NCBI GenBank assembly: GCA_902608115.1
Contig: CACLMT010000006.1
Span: forward strand, 3,361-67,360
Direction of reading: 5' to 3'
Length of the DNA: 64,000 bases
From: an uncultured SAR86 cluster bacterium
GTDB taxonomy: Bacteria; Pseudomonadota; Gammaproteobacteria; Magnimaribacterales; D2472
Shown here: positions 47,739-56,968 of the stretch, in pieces
Position numbering within the stretch: position 1 is the stretch's first letter
How the letters are laid out: the number at the start of each line of letters is the position of its first letter
The notes under the pieces: model-generated
Seen by the model: the letters and a program-made list of their open reading frames with translations, nothing else
Database searches by the model: none
What the model was told of the DNA's origin: nothing
Translations under genes and position numbers: made by a program

Positions 47739-49934
47739 TTGCATAAATACATAAGAGCAACAAGCATAATATTAATTATATTCTTTAGCTTCACTTCTGA
47801 AGCTAAGATTAGTATAGAAGTATCAAAAGAAAAAGAGCTTCTTAGCAAAGAGATCTTTTTAAAAATAAGCAATGAGCATTTTTTTAGGAACCAACAATTG
47901 GATAATATTAATTTACAATTACTTCAAAGCTTATTAAAACAATTAGACCCTGAAAAAATTTACTTTACTAAAAATGAGGTAGCTTCATTCAGAAGACTCT
48001 ATAGCTCTTCCCCATCAGAAATTGATATTTCTTCAAGTTATAAGTTAATTAATTTATATTTTAATCGACTAACTGAGGCTACAAATTATCAACTAAGAGA
48101 AGTGAAAAAAGATAAATTTAACTTTTTTAAAGACGAAGAAATCATAATCAATAATGATTTAAAAGAATGGCAAACTAACAAATTAATGCTCCAAAAAATG
48201 TGGAGAAAGCTTGCTAAAAACGACGTGTTGACTTCTATGCTTGCAAATAAAGATTTAGATGAAGTCATAAAAGCTGTTCAAAAAAGATACAAAAATAAAC
48301 TTCGTAGAATTTCTCAAATAAATGATGATATTGCGACTTATTACACTAATCCTAAGGATGCAGCTAAAGTAGCTAATCTTGTAAATAAAGATTTAGATGA
48401 ATCCATAAAAACTATTCAAAAAAGATACAAAAATAGACTTCGTAGGATTTCTCAAAGAAAGGAAGAAGATGTATTTTCAATTGTAATGAATAATCTCACT
48501 GGATTATTTGATCCTCACTCTTCATACTTTTCTCCAAAATCTGCAGAGGATTTTGAAATGACTATGAGTCTAAAATTGGAAGGTATTGGTGCTTTGCTAT
48601 CAACAGAAGATGACTACCCAATTATTGTAAGTATAGTTCCTGGTGGGCCTGCTGAAAAATCAGGTCAGATTAACCCGGATGATAAGATCGTAAAAATTAC
48701 CCAGTTGGAACCTCCACAAAGTCCTTCGGTTGATGTGGTGGGTTGGAGGATTGATGAAGTGGTTCAATTAATTAGAGGTAATGCTGGTACAGATGTTGAG
48801 CTAGAATTGATTCCAGCAAAAACAGAAGATTTAAGTGAGAGAAAATGGGTTACCTTAACCCGTGAAGAGGTAAAATTAGAAGAACAGGCTGCGAAATCAA
48901 AAATTTTTGAAATACAAAATAGTTTTAATTCTTTTAAGATAGGTGTAATAGATCTACCTGCTTTTTATATGGATTTTGGTGCTTGGCAAGAAAGGGATCC
49001 AAGCTTTAGAAGCAGCTCAAAAGACGTTGAAACAATCCTTAATGAATTTAATACGCAAGGAGTTGATGGTGTCATAATTGATTTAAGAGGTAATTCAGGA
49101 GGTTCCTTATACGAAGCAAATAAGCTCACTAGTCTCTTTGTTCCTTCAGGAGCAACGCTACAAGTTAAACAAAGTACAGGTTATATAAGGCCTTGGGGTG
49201 ATGCTCGAGCTAACCAAATCTGGCAAAAACCAATGGCAGTTATGGTTGATAGATATTCAGCATCAGCGTCTGAAATTTTTGCAGGAGCAATTCAAGATTA
49301 TCAAAGAGGCTTAATAATTGGTCATAGAACATTTGGAAAAGGCACTGTACAAAAACTAGATGATTTAAGTTCAGGACAACTAAAAATTACAGAATCTAAA
49401 TTTTATAGAATTACTGGGTCTGGAATGCAAAATAAAGGAATTAGTCCTGATATTGTCCTTCCTGCAACTTGGGATATAGAGGAGATAGGAGAAAGTTCAT
49501 TGGATGCAGCTCTGCCTTGGGATCAAATTAGTCCAACTCGATTTAAAAAATTTCAAATAGATCTTGAAATAATAGATAAACTAAAAAAGGGTCACCTACA
49601 TAGAATTATCACAAACCCTAACTTGCAATACCTTTTAAATATAAGAGAAAGATATGACTCTCAAAAAAATAAAGATATTCTTTCATTAAATATTTATGAA
49701 AGAAAAGCTGAAAGAATTGAAAGACAGAAATGGGCACTTAATACTGAAAATAAAAGACGCTCAGCATTGGGATTAAAAATATTTGAAACCTATGAAGACC
49801 TAAAAGAATTTAATGAAAACAAAAAAGAAATTGATATTGATATTGAAAATGATTTTCTTTTAAATGAAGGAACAGTAATTCTTTCAGATTTCATTTATTT
49901 AAATCAAGATTTTCTAATTTCTGAAGCAGCCTAA
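47739..49934 (+). CDS. prc: tail-specific (C-terminal processing) protease, S41 family
   Basis: Signal peptide. PDZ domain (LEGIGALLS...IVSIVPGGPAEKSGQINPDDKIVKI). S41 catalytic region DLRGNSGGSL, SASASEIFAGA, GTVQK. TTG start. 731 aa including an internal duplication. Confidence 0.9.
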   Translation: MHKYIRATSIILIIFFSFTSEAKISIEVSKEKELLSKEIFLKISNEHFFRNQQLDNINLQLLQSLLKQLDPEKIYFTKNEVASFRRLYSSSPSEIDISSSYKLINLYFNRLTEATNYQLREVKKDKFNFFKDEEIIINNDLKEWQTNKLMLQKMWRKLAKNDVLTSMLANKDLDEVIKAVQKRYKNKLRRISQINDDIATYYTNPKDAAKVANLVNKDLDESIKTIQKRYKNRLRRISQRKEEDVFSIVMNNLTGLFDPHSSYFSPKSAEDFEMTMSLKLEGIGALLSTEDDYPIIVSIVPGGPAEKSGQINPDDKIVKITQLEPPQSPSVDVVGWRIDEVVQLIRGNAGTDVELELIPAKTEDLSERKWVTLTREEVKLEEQAAKSKIFEIQNSFNSFKIGVIDLPAFYMDFGAWQERDPSFRSSSKDVETILNEFNTQGVDGVIIDLRGNSGGSLYEANKLTSLFVPSGATLQVKQSTGYIRPWGDARANQIWQKPMAVMVDRYSASASEIFAGAIQDYQRGLIIGHRTFGKGTVQKLDDLSSGQLKITESKFYRITGSGMQNKGISPDIVLPATWDIEEIGESSLDAALPWDQISPTRFKKFQIDLEIIDKLKKGHLHRIITNPNLQYLLNIRERYDSQKNKDILSLNIYERKAERIERQKWALNTENKRRSALGLKIFETYEDLKEFNENKKEIDIDIENDFLLNEGTVILSDFIYLNQDFLISEAA
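48245..48456 (+). repeat. in-frame direct repeat inside prc (74-nt units at 48245-48318 and 48383-48456, 138-nt period)
   Basis: Hand alignment gives 68 of 74 identical positions. The units encode NKDLDEVIKAVQKRYKNKLRRISQ and NKDLDESIKTIQKRYKNRLRRISQ. Confidence 0.85.
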
Positions 49935-49938
49935 AACA

Positions 49939-50748
49939 ATGAAAATAATATCATTTAATATAAATAGCATTAGAGCTCGCCCCCATCAAATTATTTATTT
50001 AAGAGACAAGATAGATCCAGATATAATCGGCATTCAAGAAACGAAAGTAAATGATCCAGAATTCCCTATTGAAGAAATTCAATCTATTGGTTATCACCCT
50101 GAGTTTTGGGGTCAAAAAGGTCATTATGGTGTTGCGATACTAAGTAAAAACAAACCTACAAAGGTTCAAAAGGGTTTTATTCATGATACTCCTGAGGATC
50201 AAAAAAGATTTATTCAAGCTACTTTTAAATGGAAAAATAAAGAAATTACAATCATGAATGGGTATTTTCCTCAAGGTGAAAATAGATCACATGAAACAAA
50301 ATTTCCTAAAAAAATTAAATTTTATGACGATTTAGAGAAACATATTAAGACGCTCCAAAAAAAAGAAGAAAACCTAATTTTAATGGGTGATTTTAATGTT
50401 GCCCCTTCGCCTCTTGATATTGGTATTGGTGAAAACAATGTAAAAAGATGGTTAAGAGATGGTAAAACAGCATTTCTTCCAGAAGAAATAGAAATGTGGA
50501 AAAAAATACAAAATCTTGGTTTTATTGACTCTTGGAGAGAACAAAATCCCAAAGAAAATTCAATATATTCTTGGTTTGATTATCGCTCACGAATGTTCGA
50601 TGATGTGCCAAAAAGAGGTTTACGCATTGATCATATTTTGCTTTCAAAAAACCTCACCTCTAAAATGAAGAGAACGGGGATAGACTATGATGCAAGGGCT
50701 ATGGAAAAACCATCTGACCATTGCCCTATTTGGATTGAATTAAAATGA
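49939..50748 (+). CDS. xthA: exodeoxyribonuclease III
   Basis: MKIISFNINSIRAR, GIQETK, LMGDFNVAP and SDHCPIW motifs. 269 aa. Confidence 0.94.
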   Translation: MKIISFNINSIRARPHQIIYLRDKIDPDIIGIQETKVNDPEFPIEEIQSIGYHPEFWGQKGHYGVAILSKNKPTKVQKGFIHDTPEDQKRFIQATFKWKNKEITIMNGYFPQGENRSHETKFPKKIKFYDDLEKHIKTLQKKEENLILMGDFNVAPSPLDIGIGENNVKRWLRDGKTAFLPEEIEMWKKIQNLGFIDSWREQNPKENSIYSWFDYRSRMFDDVPKRGLRIDHILLSKNLTSKMKRTGIDYDARAMEKPSDHCPIWIELK

Positions 50749-50784
50749 AGTCGTTTAAAGATTTTACTTTTAAGACAGCTCTGG

Positions 50785-51246
50785 TTAATCTCTTTTTGAT
50801 TTAAAAAACGACATTAATAACTTAATCGACTCATTTTTCATAAATCCGTATTCGTAATTTACTCTATGATTGAGGTGAGGGTGATCTAAAAATGAGTCGG
50901 TAGATACAATTGCTCCAGTTTTTGGCTCCAATGCTCCAAAAAATAAATTTCTTATTCTTGCATCTACAATTGCCTTTGCGCACATGTGACATGGTTCTAA
51001 AGTGGTATAGATATCGCAATTGACTAATCGATAATTTTTAAGATAAGAACTAGCTACATTAATAGCATTAATTTCTGCATGAGCAGACACAGATTGATTT
51101 TCTAAAATTGTATTCCAACCCTTCCCTATTATCTTTCCATCCCTTACTATTACTGCGCCAACAGGGACCTCATCCTTAGAATAAGCTTTTTTAGCACATT
51201 CAATTGCAATCATCATGTGTTCAATTGAGAAATCTGAATTTTTCAT
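50785..51246 (-). CDS. tadA: tRNA adenosine(34) deaminase
   Basis: CDA Zn motifs HAEINAI and PCHMCAKAI. 153 aa. Confidence 0.92.
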   Translation of the reverse strand: MKNSDFSIEHMMIAIECAKKAYSKDEVPVGAVIVRDGKIIGKGWNTILENQSVSAHAEINAINVASSYLKNYRLVNCDIYTTLEPCHMCAKAIVDARIRNLFFGALEPKTGAIVSTDSFLDHPHLNHRVNYEYGFMKNESIKLLMSFFKSKRD

Positions 51247-51282
51247 TCTTAAAAAGAAATTTTAAGTAATCTTGTTAATGAG

Positions 51283-51936
51283 CTAGATAAAGGTTGCCCA
51301 ATCATCAAGAGGACTTCTAGAAGACCTAAGTTTATTTATAGGAGCACTAGGATCAGCATAACCTACAGCCATTCCACAAAAGAGCATTTCATCTTCTAAT
51401 GAATTAACAAAATTAGAAACACATTCATGCTTCATAGACCACGATTCTTGAGCGCATGTATCCAAACCTACTTCTTTAGCTAGAAGCATAAATGTTCCTA
51501 AAAACATTCCTAAATCCGACCATTGTGGCGGTCCCATTTGTCTATCTATGAAACAAAAAAATCCAGCGGGCGCTCCAAAGAATTCAAAATTTTTTAATAC
51601 CTGTTTTATACGAGATTCCTTATCTTCACGAGGTATTCCTAGCAAAGAATACATTGCCTCTCCTATCTCGTATCTATAAGTTCTATAAGGTTCTTTTAGT
51701 TTTTTAGGATATACATCATATTCAGGCATTTCTGGCTTATTCCATGTTTCTTGAAATTTTAAGAAATTATCCATACTCTCATTATTTAAAATATACATTT
51801 TCCATGGTTGTAAATTTCCACCGGAAGCACTTCTTGAAGATTTCTCTAAGAGTTCTTTAATTAGTGAATTGTTAACAGGTTTATCTAGATAGGCTCTTAT
51901 AGATGACCTTGAAAAAACAGCATCAGAAACTTTCAT
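51283..51936 (-). CDS. nitroreductase-family flavoprotein
   Basis: N-terminal RSSIRAYLDKPV...SASGGNLQPW is typical of the NfsB/FRase fold. 217 aa. Its start lies 1 nt downstream of the aminotransferase stop. Confidence 0.8.
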   Translation of the reverse strand: MKVSDAVFSRSSIRAYLDKPVNNSLIKELLEKSSRSASGGNLQPWKMYILNNESMDNFLKFQETWNKPEMPEYDVYPKKLKEPYRTYRYEIGEAMYSLLGIPREDKESRIKQVLKNFEFFGAPAGFFCFIDRQMGPPQWSDLGMFLGTFMLLAKEVGLDTCAQESWSMKHECVSNFVNSLEDEMLFCGMAVGYADPSAPINKLRSSRSPLDDWATFI

Positions 51937-51937
51937 A

Positions 51938-53242
51938 TCAATTTAATCTTTTAAATCCATCATGACAAACGGGACCATCAAGCATAGATTCTATATCTTT
52001 ACCTTTCTCACATTCAGAAATAATTGAAAATATTGATTCTAAAGCATTGATGTAGTTGTCAATAACTTCATTTGAATGATCAATGCATGTATAAAGACTA
52101 GTCCCTGCCAAATACCCTAGTTTTAACATTTCCTGACTTATAAGTGTCTTATACTCCAAAGAGTGATTACTCTTGAAGCTAAAACCAGAAAGAGAGGGCA
52201 ATCCAAATATGTCAATATTTAAATCATATTTTTTTGAAAGCTCTATCCATCGATCTCTTACCATCAACCCGGTATTGGTGATTATTTCCCAAGATTTTAA
52301 TTTTTCCATAACCTCCAAAGTTTTTAAGGCTGCTGTTGGTCCAATTCTTTCACTCCAAAATGTACTACTTATAAAGCTTGTTTGGGCTGATTCCATCACT
52401 TCTTCTCTACCAATTATTGAAGTTATCGCATATCCATTTCCCAGTGCTTTACCAAAAATTACTATATCCGGATCTACATTATACTTTTTATGAAGCCCTC
52501 CAAATGTTTCCCTAAATCCAGATGTGCATTCATCAAAAATTAAAACGATGCCCTTTTCAGAGCATAGCTTTCTTACATTCTGCAAAAAATTATTCTCCGG
52601 ACCTACATTTCTAGCAACTTCCATCTTAATAACGCCAATGTCCTCTTTTAAAACAAGATTTTCCAAACCTTCAAAATCATTATATTGAAATGGGAAAACT
52701 GTATTCTTTAAATTACGAGGAACTCCATTAGGATCTAATCCTGGAAGAAGATGTCCATCTAGGTTCTTATTGCTTCCTAAATTTGCAGATAAATACCAAT
52801 CATGCCAACCATGATATCCACAAACAGCAACCTTATCTTTCTGAGAGGCTGCTCTAGCTATTCTAATCGCGACCGCATTAGCTTCTCCTCCAGTTCTAGC
52901 AATCCTTCCCATATCTGACCACGGATGCATATCAATTAACTTTTCAATTAAGTGAACTTCTTCTGAACAGTTTAAAGTAGACATATTACCGTTCTTTACA
53001 GTTTTCATTACTGCCTCATCAACCTCTGGATGACCATATCCCAATATATTTGTTCCAATACCCATAAAGGACATGTCTATGTATTTTTTATTATCTAAAT
53101 CCCATACACAACATCCTTTTGATTTTGAAAAATATGCTGGCCAGTTTTCAGGAAGAAACATTTCAGGTCTTTTGGATAGAAGCATATTCCCGCCTGGAAT
53201 AATTTTTTTTGAATATTTATATAATTTTTGTCCTTTTCCCAT
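51938..53242 (-). CDS. class-III (HemL/glutamate-1-semialdehyde aminomutase-like) PLP aminotransferase
   Basis: GTNILGYGHP, TGGEANAVAIRIARA, FDECTSGFR and FGKALGNGYA (PLP Lys). 434 aa. Confidence 0.85.
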   Translation of the reverse strand: MGKGQKLYKYSKKIIPGGNMLLSKRPEMFLPENWPAYFSKSKGCCVWDLDNKKYIDMSFMGIGTNILGYGHPEVDEAVMKTVKNGNMSTLNCSEEVHLIEKLIDMHPWSDMGRIARTGGEANAVAIRIARAASQKDKVAVCGYHGWHDWYLSANLGSNKNLDGHLLPGLDPNGVPRNLKNTVFPFQYNDFEGLENLVLKEDIGVIKMEVARNVGPENNFLQNVRKLCSEKGIVLIFDECTSGFRETFGGLHKKYNVDPDIVIFGKALGNGYAITSIIGREEVMESAQTSFISSTFWSERIGPTAALKTLEVMEKLKSWEIITNTGLMVRDRWIELSKKYDLNIDIFGLPSLSGFSFKSNHSLEYKTLISQEMLKLGYLAGTSLYTCIDHSNEVIDNYINALESIFSIISECEKGKDIESMLDGPVCHDGFKRLN

Positions 53243-53245
53243 ATT

Positions 53246-53977
53246 TTAAGCTTCGTTTCGTATAAATCTTTTATTTGCAGAAAAAAATTCTGGTTTCATT
53301 TCATGTAACTCTAGTATTTTACTCCAATGAAAAAAAATATTTGGATGGAAATGATTAAAGATATTTTTAATAACTTCAAAATCCTCTTTCTCATCAAGCG
53401 TCCAACGTAAATTTGATAAATCAACATCATGTATAAGATTTGATTGTTTAATATTGCTTTGATTTCTTATAAATGGGGTTACATGCTCTCTTTCAAAAGG
53501 ATCTGTAGCTTGATTATAAGCAAGCTTAAGAACTTCAAAACTAAATACCTCAACATCTAAACCATCGGGATAAGATGAAGGGCTTACATTTGAAATATAT
53601 TGAGAGTCTCCACATTTATACATCTCAATAATGTCATCAACAATTAATGGATCTACAAGAGGACAATCTCCAGTAATTCTTACAATAACTTCTAATTTAT
53701 GTTTAACTGCAGTTTCATAATAACGCGCTAATACATCATCCTCACTTCCCCTTTCGCATATATACCCAAGTGAATTTATATGCTTTACCAAGGGATCATT
53801 CTGAGTCTTATCGGAGGTAGCAATTATAATTTCATGAAGTTGATTTGATTTAGTAAGCCTAGCTATTAATAATTCAATAACAGTCTTGCCATTGATTTTC
53901 TTCATAACCTTACCAGGCAATCTAGTAGATCCCATTCGCGCTTGAATTATTGCAGCTATCTTCAAAGAACTGACCAA
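53246..53977 (-). CDS. SpsF-type cytidylyltransferase (CTP_transf_3 family)
   Basis: AAIIQARMGSTRLPGKV signature. 243 aa. TTG at 53977; the alternative TTG at 53965 gives a TTGA overlap with the upstream stop. Confidence 0.8.
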   Translation of the reverse strand: MVSSLKIAAIIQARMGSTRLPGKVMKKINGKTVIELLIARLTKSNQLHEIIIATSDKTQNDPLVKHINSLGYICERGSEDDVLARYYETAVKHKLEVIVRITGDCPLVDPLIVDDIIEMYKCGDSQYISNVSPSSYPDGLDVEVFSFEVLKLAYNQATDPFEREHVTPFIRNQSNIKQSNLIHDVDLSNLRWTLDEKEDFEVIKNIFNHFHPNIFFHWSKILELHEMKPEFFSANKRFIRNEA

Positions 53978-55539
53978 TTTGATGGATTTAACAATTTTTC
54001 ATCTTCGCATGAAATATCTGGAAAAATAAATGGCCTGTTTCTAGGATTAAATGCATCGATAATTTCTGAGAGTTGTTCATTATTATCTACTCCAACTATT
54101 ACCCTATCAATCTGAGGAAGTGATAATGGGTAATGAAGGCATGTCTCAAGTGCAGAAGTATCATTCTTATTAAGCCAATCATGCCAAAAACTAATTAAAT
54201 CGCTCCACTGTGAAAACTTGTCTGGAACCTGTTTCATAGATAACAAAAGTAACCCTTGCAAGAATATAGACCTTGCATGAATCTCTATCCCTGCATCATT
54301 AAGCCTCTGCAACCATCCAGTTGTAAGCATCCTCCTATCAAAAACATTAAAGGGAACCTGAATAATATCAATTTGAAACTTTTGAAAAACAGATGCTACC
54401 TCATCAGGACCATATGCAGAAACACCTATTTTATGAACTAACCCCTCCTGCTTAAGTAACGTCATAGCATGGGCTAGTTTTGCGCCGTCTTCTCCAAAGA
54501 GTTGAGAAGTATCATGAACAAGTAAACCATATGCTGTTTTTAAATTAAGCCTTTCTAAAGATGATTGCATTTGATCATATGCCCACTCATTTACATCTTC
54601 GATAGAGCCTGGAATTGGAGGTAGCTTGGTTACAACTTTAAACTTACCAACCCCAACTTTGCCCAACGATTCTTCGCTTACACCATAAGAAATGGAAGTA
54701 TCTAAAGTATCGATGCCTTTGTTGTCAGCTATCTTTAAAATATTATTAGCTTCCTCTAAATTAACTTGCCCATGTTGATTAGCAATTCCATAATCTGATC
54801 CAAACTGTACAGTACCAATTGCTAATCGATTCATTTTTTTCTTCTCTTGCTCTAGCAAAAAAAGCCTTTCAGCAAATTCATAATCCTCAGCAGTATCAAT
54901 ATCAATTACCTTATGACGAGGCAAAATAAACATAGTTGAATCATTTGAAAATTCTCCTAAACCAGCTAAAACTGCGTTTAAGGTTGATAGGTATAACTGT
55001 CCAGCGTCATGATAAGCATCCTCACAATCTTGGGTTCTGGTATTAATATGCTCTGGAGAAAACATCTCAATTCTCTTGTCTTTATTAAGAAAAAGGGCTC
55101 TTTGAATTGGGTACTCATATGCCCCACAGGCTATTAAACTCTCAGAGTTATTCTTCATTAAAAGCTCTAGAGCCTCCTCCAAATCTTTTGGAGTAATAAA
55201 TACAGCTGACGGGTATACGGTAAGAATTAAATCTGGTTTTCCAATATTTTCTAGATACCATTCAACAGCATGTTTTATAACTGGTCCAGTTCCTATATTG
55301 TCATCAGAAAGTTCTGCTGGTCGCAAAAATGGGGCTTGCACATTTAAGGATTCAACAACTTGCTGAATTTCAGGGCTGTCAGTTGAAACTAAAATATCAT
55401 CAACCAAACCGCAGGCTTGAAGAGTCTGAATTGGCCATGCAATCATCGGTTTCCCGCAAAACTCCTTTATGTTCTTTTTGGGTATTCTTTTACTTCCCCC
55501 TCGAGCAGGTAGAATTGCTAAAACTTTTGGCTTATCCAT
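53962..55539 (-). CDS. fusion protein: NeuA/PseF-like CMP-ulosonate cytidylyltransferase (N) + aldo-keto reductase (C)
   Basis: N-terminal AILPARGGSKRIPKKNI...AYHDAGQLY. From about residue 236, AIGTVQFGSDYGI...GIDTLDTSISYG...LLVHD is an AKR fold. Single uninterrupted 525-aa ORF. Confidence 0.8.
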   Translation of the reverse strand: MDKPKVLAILPARGGSKRIPKKNIKEFCGKPMIAWPIQTLQACGLVDDILVSTDSPEIQQVVESLNVQAPFLRPAELSDDNIGTGPVIKHAVEWYLENIGKPDLILTVYPSAVFITPKDLEEALELLMKNNSESLIACGAYEYPIQRALFLNKDKRIEMFSPEHINTRTQDCEDAYHDAGQLYLSTLNAVLAGLGEFSNDSTMFILPRHKVIDIDTAEDYEFAERLFLLEQEKKKMNRLAIGTVQFGSDYGIANQHGQVNLEEANNILKIADNKGIDTLDTSISYGVSEESLGKVGVGKFKVVTKLPPIPGSIEDVNEWAYDQMQSSLERLNLKTAYGLLVHDTSQLFGEDGAKLAHAMTLLKQEGLVHKIGVSAYGPDEVASVFQKFQIDIIQVPFNVFDRRMLTTGWLQRLNDAGIEIHARSIFLQGLLLLSMKQVPDKFSQWSDLISFWHDWLNKNDTSALETCLHYPLSLPQIDRVIVGVDNNEQLSEIIDAFNPRNRPFIFPDISCEDEKLLNPSNWSVL

Positions 55540-55639
55540 ATAAAAATTAATCTTAATGTCTATATATTTATTTTAACCCTAGAATAAATAAAAGATGTCT
55601 AGTAAATAGAAAAAATATAATTACTAAACATTTCAATAA

Positions 55640-56968
55640 TTATCTATCATTTTGTATATCAGATATTAATAACTTAAATGCTTTAAGATGATTTCGTCTA
55701 TTTAAAGAATTCTTTTGGTTTGATGCTTTGTTTCTTATGGGCAAAATTATGGAAATAATCTCTCTTAAGCGATGATGAATGAAATAATATTGCTGGCCAC
55801 TAGGCTTCTGTTTTATGGGCTGAGCGGTATCTGATAGTATTGAAATCACGCTATCTACAGCTATTATAGGCATTAAAGCACCCATCTCATTTCTAAGCTC
55901 TCCTAAAGTCTTATATTCATCAGAAGAAAAAATAATTTCAGAAATAAGAGGTCCAGCATCTAACGCTGGCTCCATTAAATGAGATGTTAAAGCAATATTT
56001 TTAAAATGCCCATCTAGAATTGGAGCCTCTACTACATCCATTCCTTTATATTGAGGTAATGGACCCATATGAATATTAATGACCCCAAGTGAAAAATAAT
56101 CTAAAACCTGAGAATCGATTAATCCGCCTCCGGTAAAAATACATAAATCACCGTCATTATTTTTCTTTAAATTTAAACTTTCTGAAAAATCATTCACAGA
56201 TATACAATTTACATTATGAGCTTTAGCAAGCTTCCTAATATCTGAAACTCCTGGAGCTATGTTATTTTTTAAAGCCTTTAAACTTAATTCTGAATTATCA
56301 TTATTCTCATCTGATCTTAAAATTAATTTTCTCCAAACTCTTTTAATGAATAAACCAAGCCCATCTCTATATAACTCAGACCTGATCCTAGAGTGAGAAA
56401 ATTTTAATATCACTACAGCCTTTACTTCAACTTTAAGAGATAAAAGAATCTTAAGAACTGTTATAGAAAATAAACTAAATGGGCTTGGACAAAATATAGT
56501 AACTGGATTTTTTTTAATATCTGCAGATGACCATTTATTAAAAGAATAATTGCATTCAATTGCTTCTCCTAGAATTTCTAAATTGACTGGATTAGACTCC
56601 ACAAGTTTATTTGTATGCTGAATTAAGACCTCCTCAAGGAATGTATTTTGTTTATTATCTATTTCACAAGCATCACTAACGATTAAAGCTGCATTTAATA
56701 AAGCTGAATCAATTAAGGTGTTATTAGAATTAATAATTTGATTGCAAAAAATTTCTTTTAACCACAATAGGTGTTCTGTAGCTTCATCTTTAAATCTTTC
56801 AATAGAGATTTTTTTTAAATTTCTGTTATGAAAAGAAATAAATTTTCTAAGTTTCTCTAACCAAGCCATACCAAGATTATCTTTCTCTTGAATTAATTGC
56901 GAAATTAATAATCTATCCTGTTCAGATAGAGCGGTTATGATCCTAGGGGGGCGTGATACTTCTTGCAT
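55640..56968 (-). CDS. formyltransferase-fold protein with an unassigned ~150-aa N-terminal extension
   Basis: Residues ~155-400 resemble Formyl_trans_N: GVINIHMGPLPQYKGMD (compare N-x-H-x-SLLPxxRG) and HLMEPALDAGPLI (compare Asp of the N/H/D triad). The N-terminal region has no recognisable motif. Confidence 0.6.
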   Translation of the reverse strand: MQEVSRPPRIITALSEQDRLLISQLIQEKDNLGMAWLEKLRKFISFHNRNLKKISIERFKDEATEHLLWLKEIFCNQIINSNNTLIDSALLNAALIVSDACEIDNKQNTFLEEVLIQHTNKLVESNPVNLEILGEAIECNYSFNKWSSADIKKNPVTIFCPSPFSLFSITVLKILLSLKVEVKAVVILKFSHSRIRSELYRDGLGLFIKRVWRKLILRSDENNDNSELSLKALKNNIAPGVSDIRKLAKAHNVNCISVNDFSESLNLKKNNDGDLCIFTGGGLIDSQVLDYFSLGVINIHMGPLPQYKGMDVVEAPILDGHFKNIALTSHLMEPALDAGPLISEIIFSSDEYKTLGELRNEMGALMPIIAVDSVISILSDTAQPIKQKPSGQQYYFIHHRLREIISIILPIRNKASNQKNSLNRRNHLKAFKLLISDIQNDR

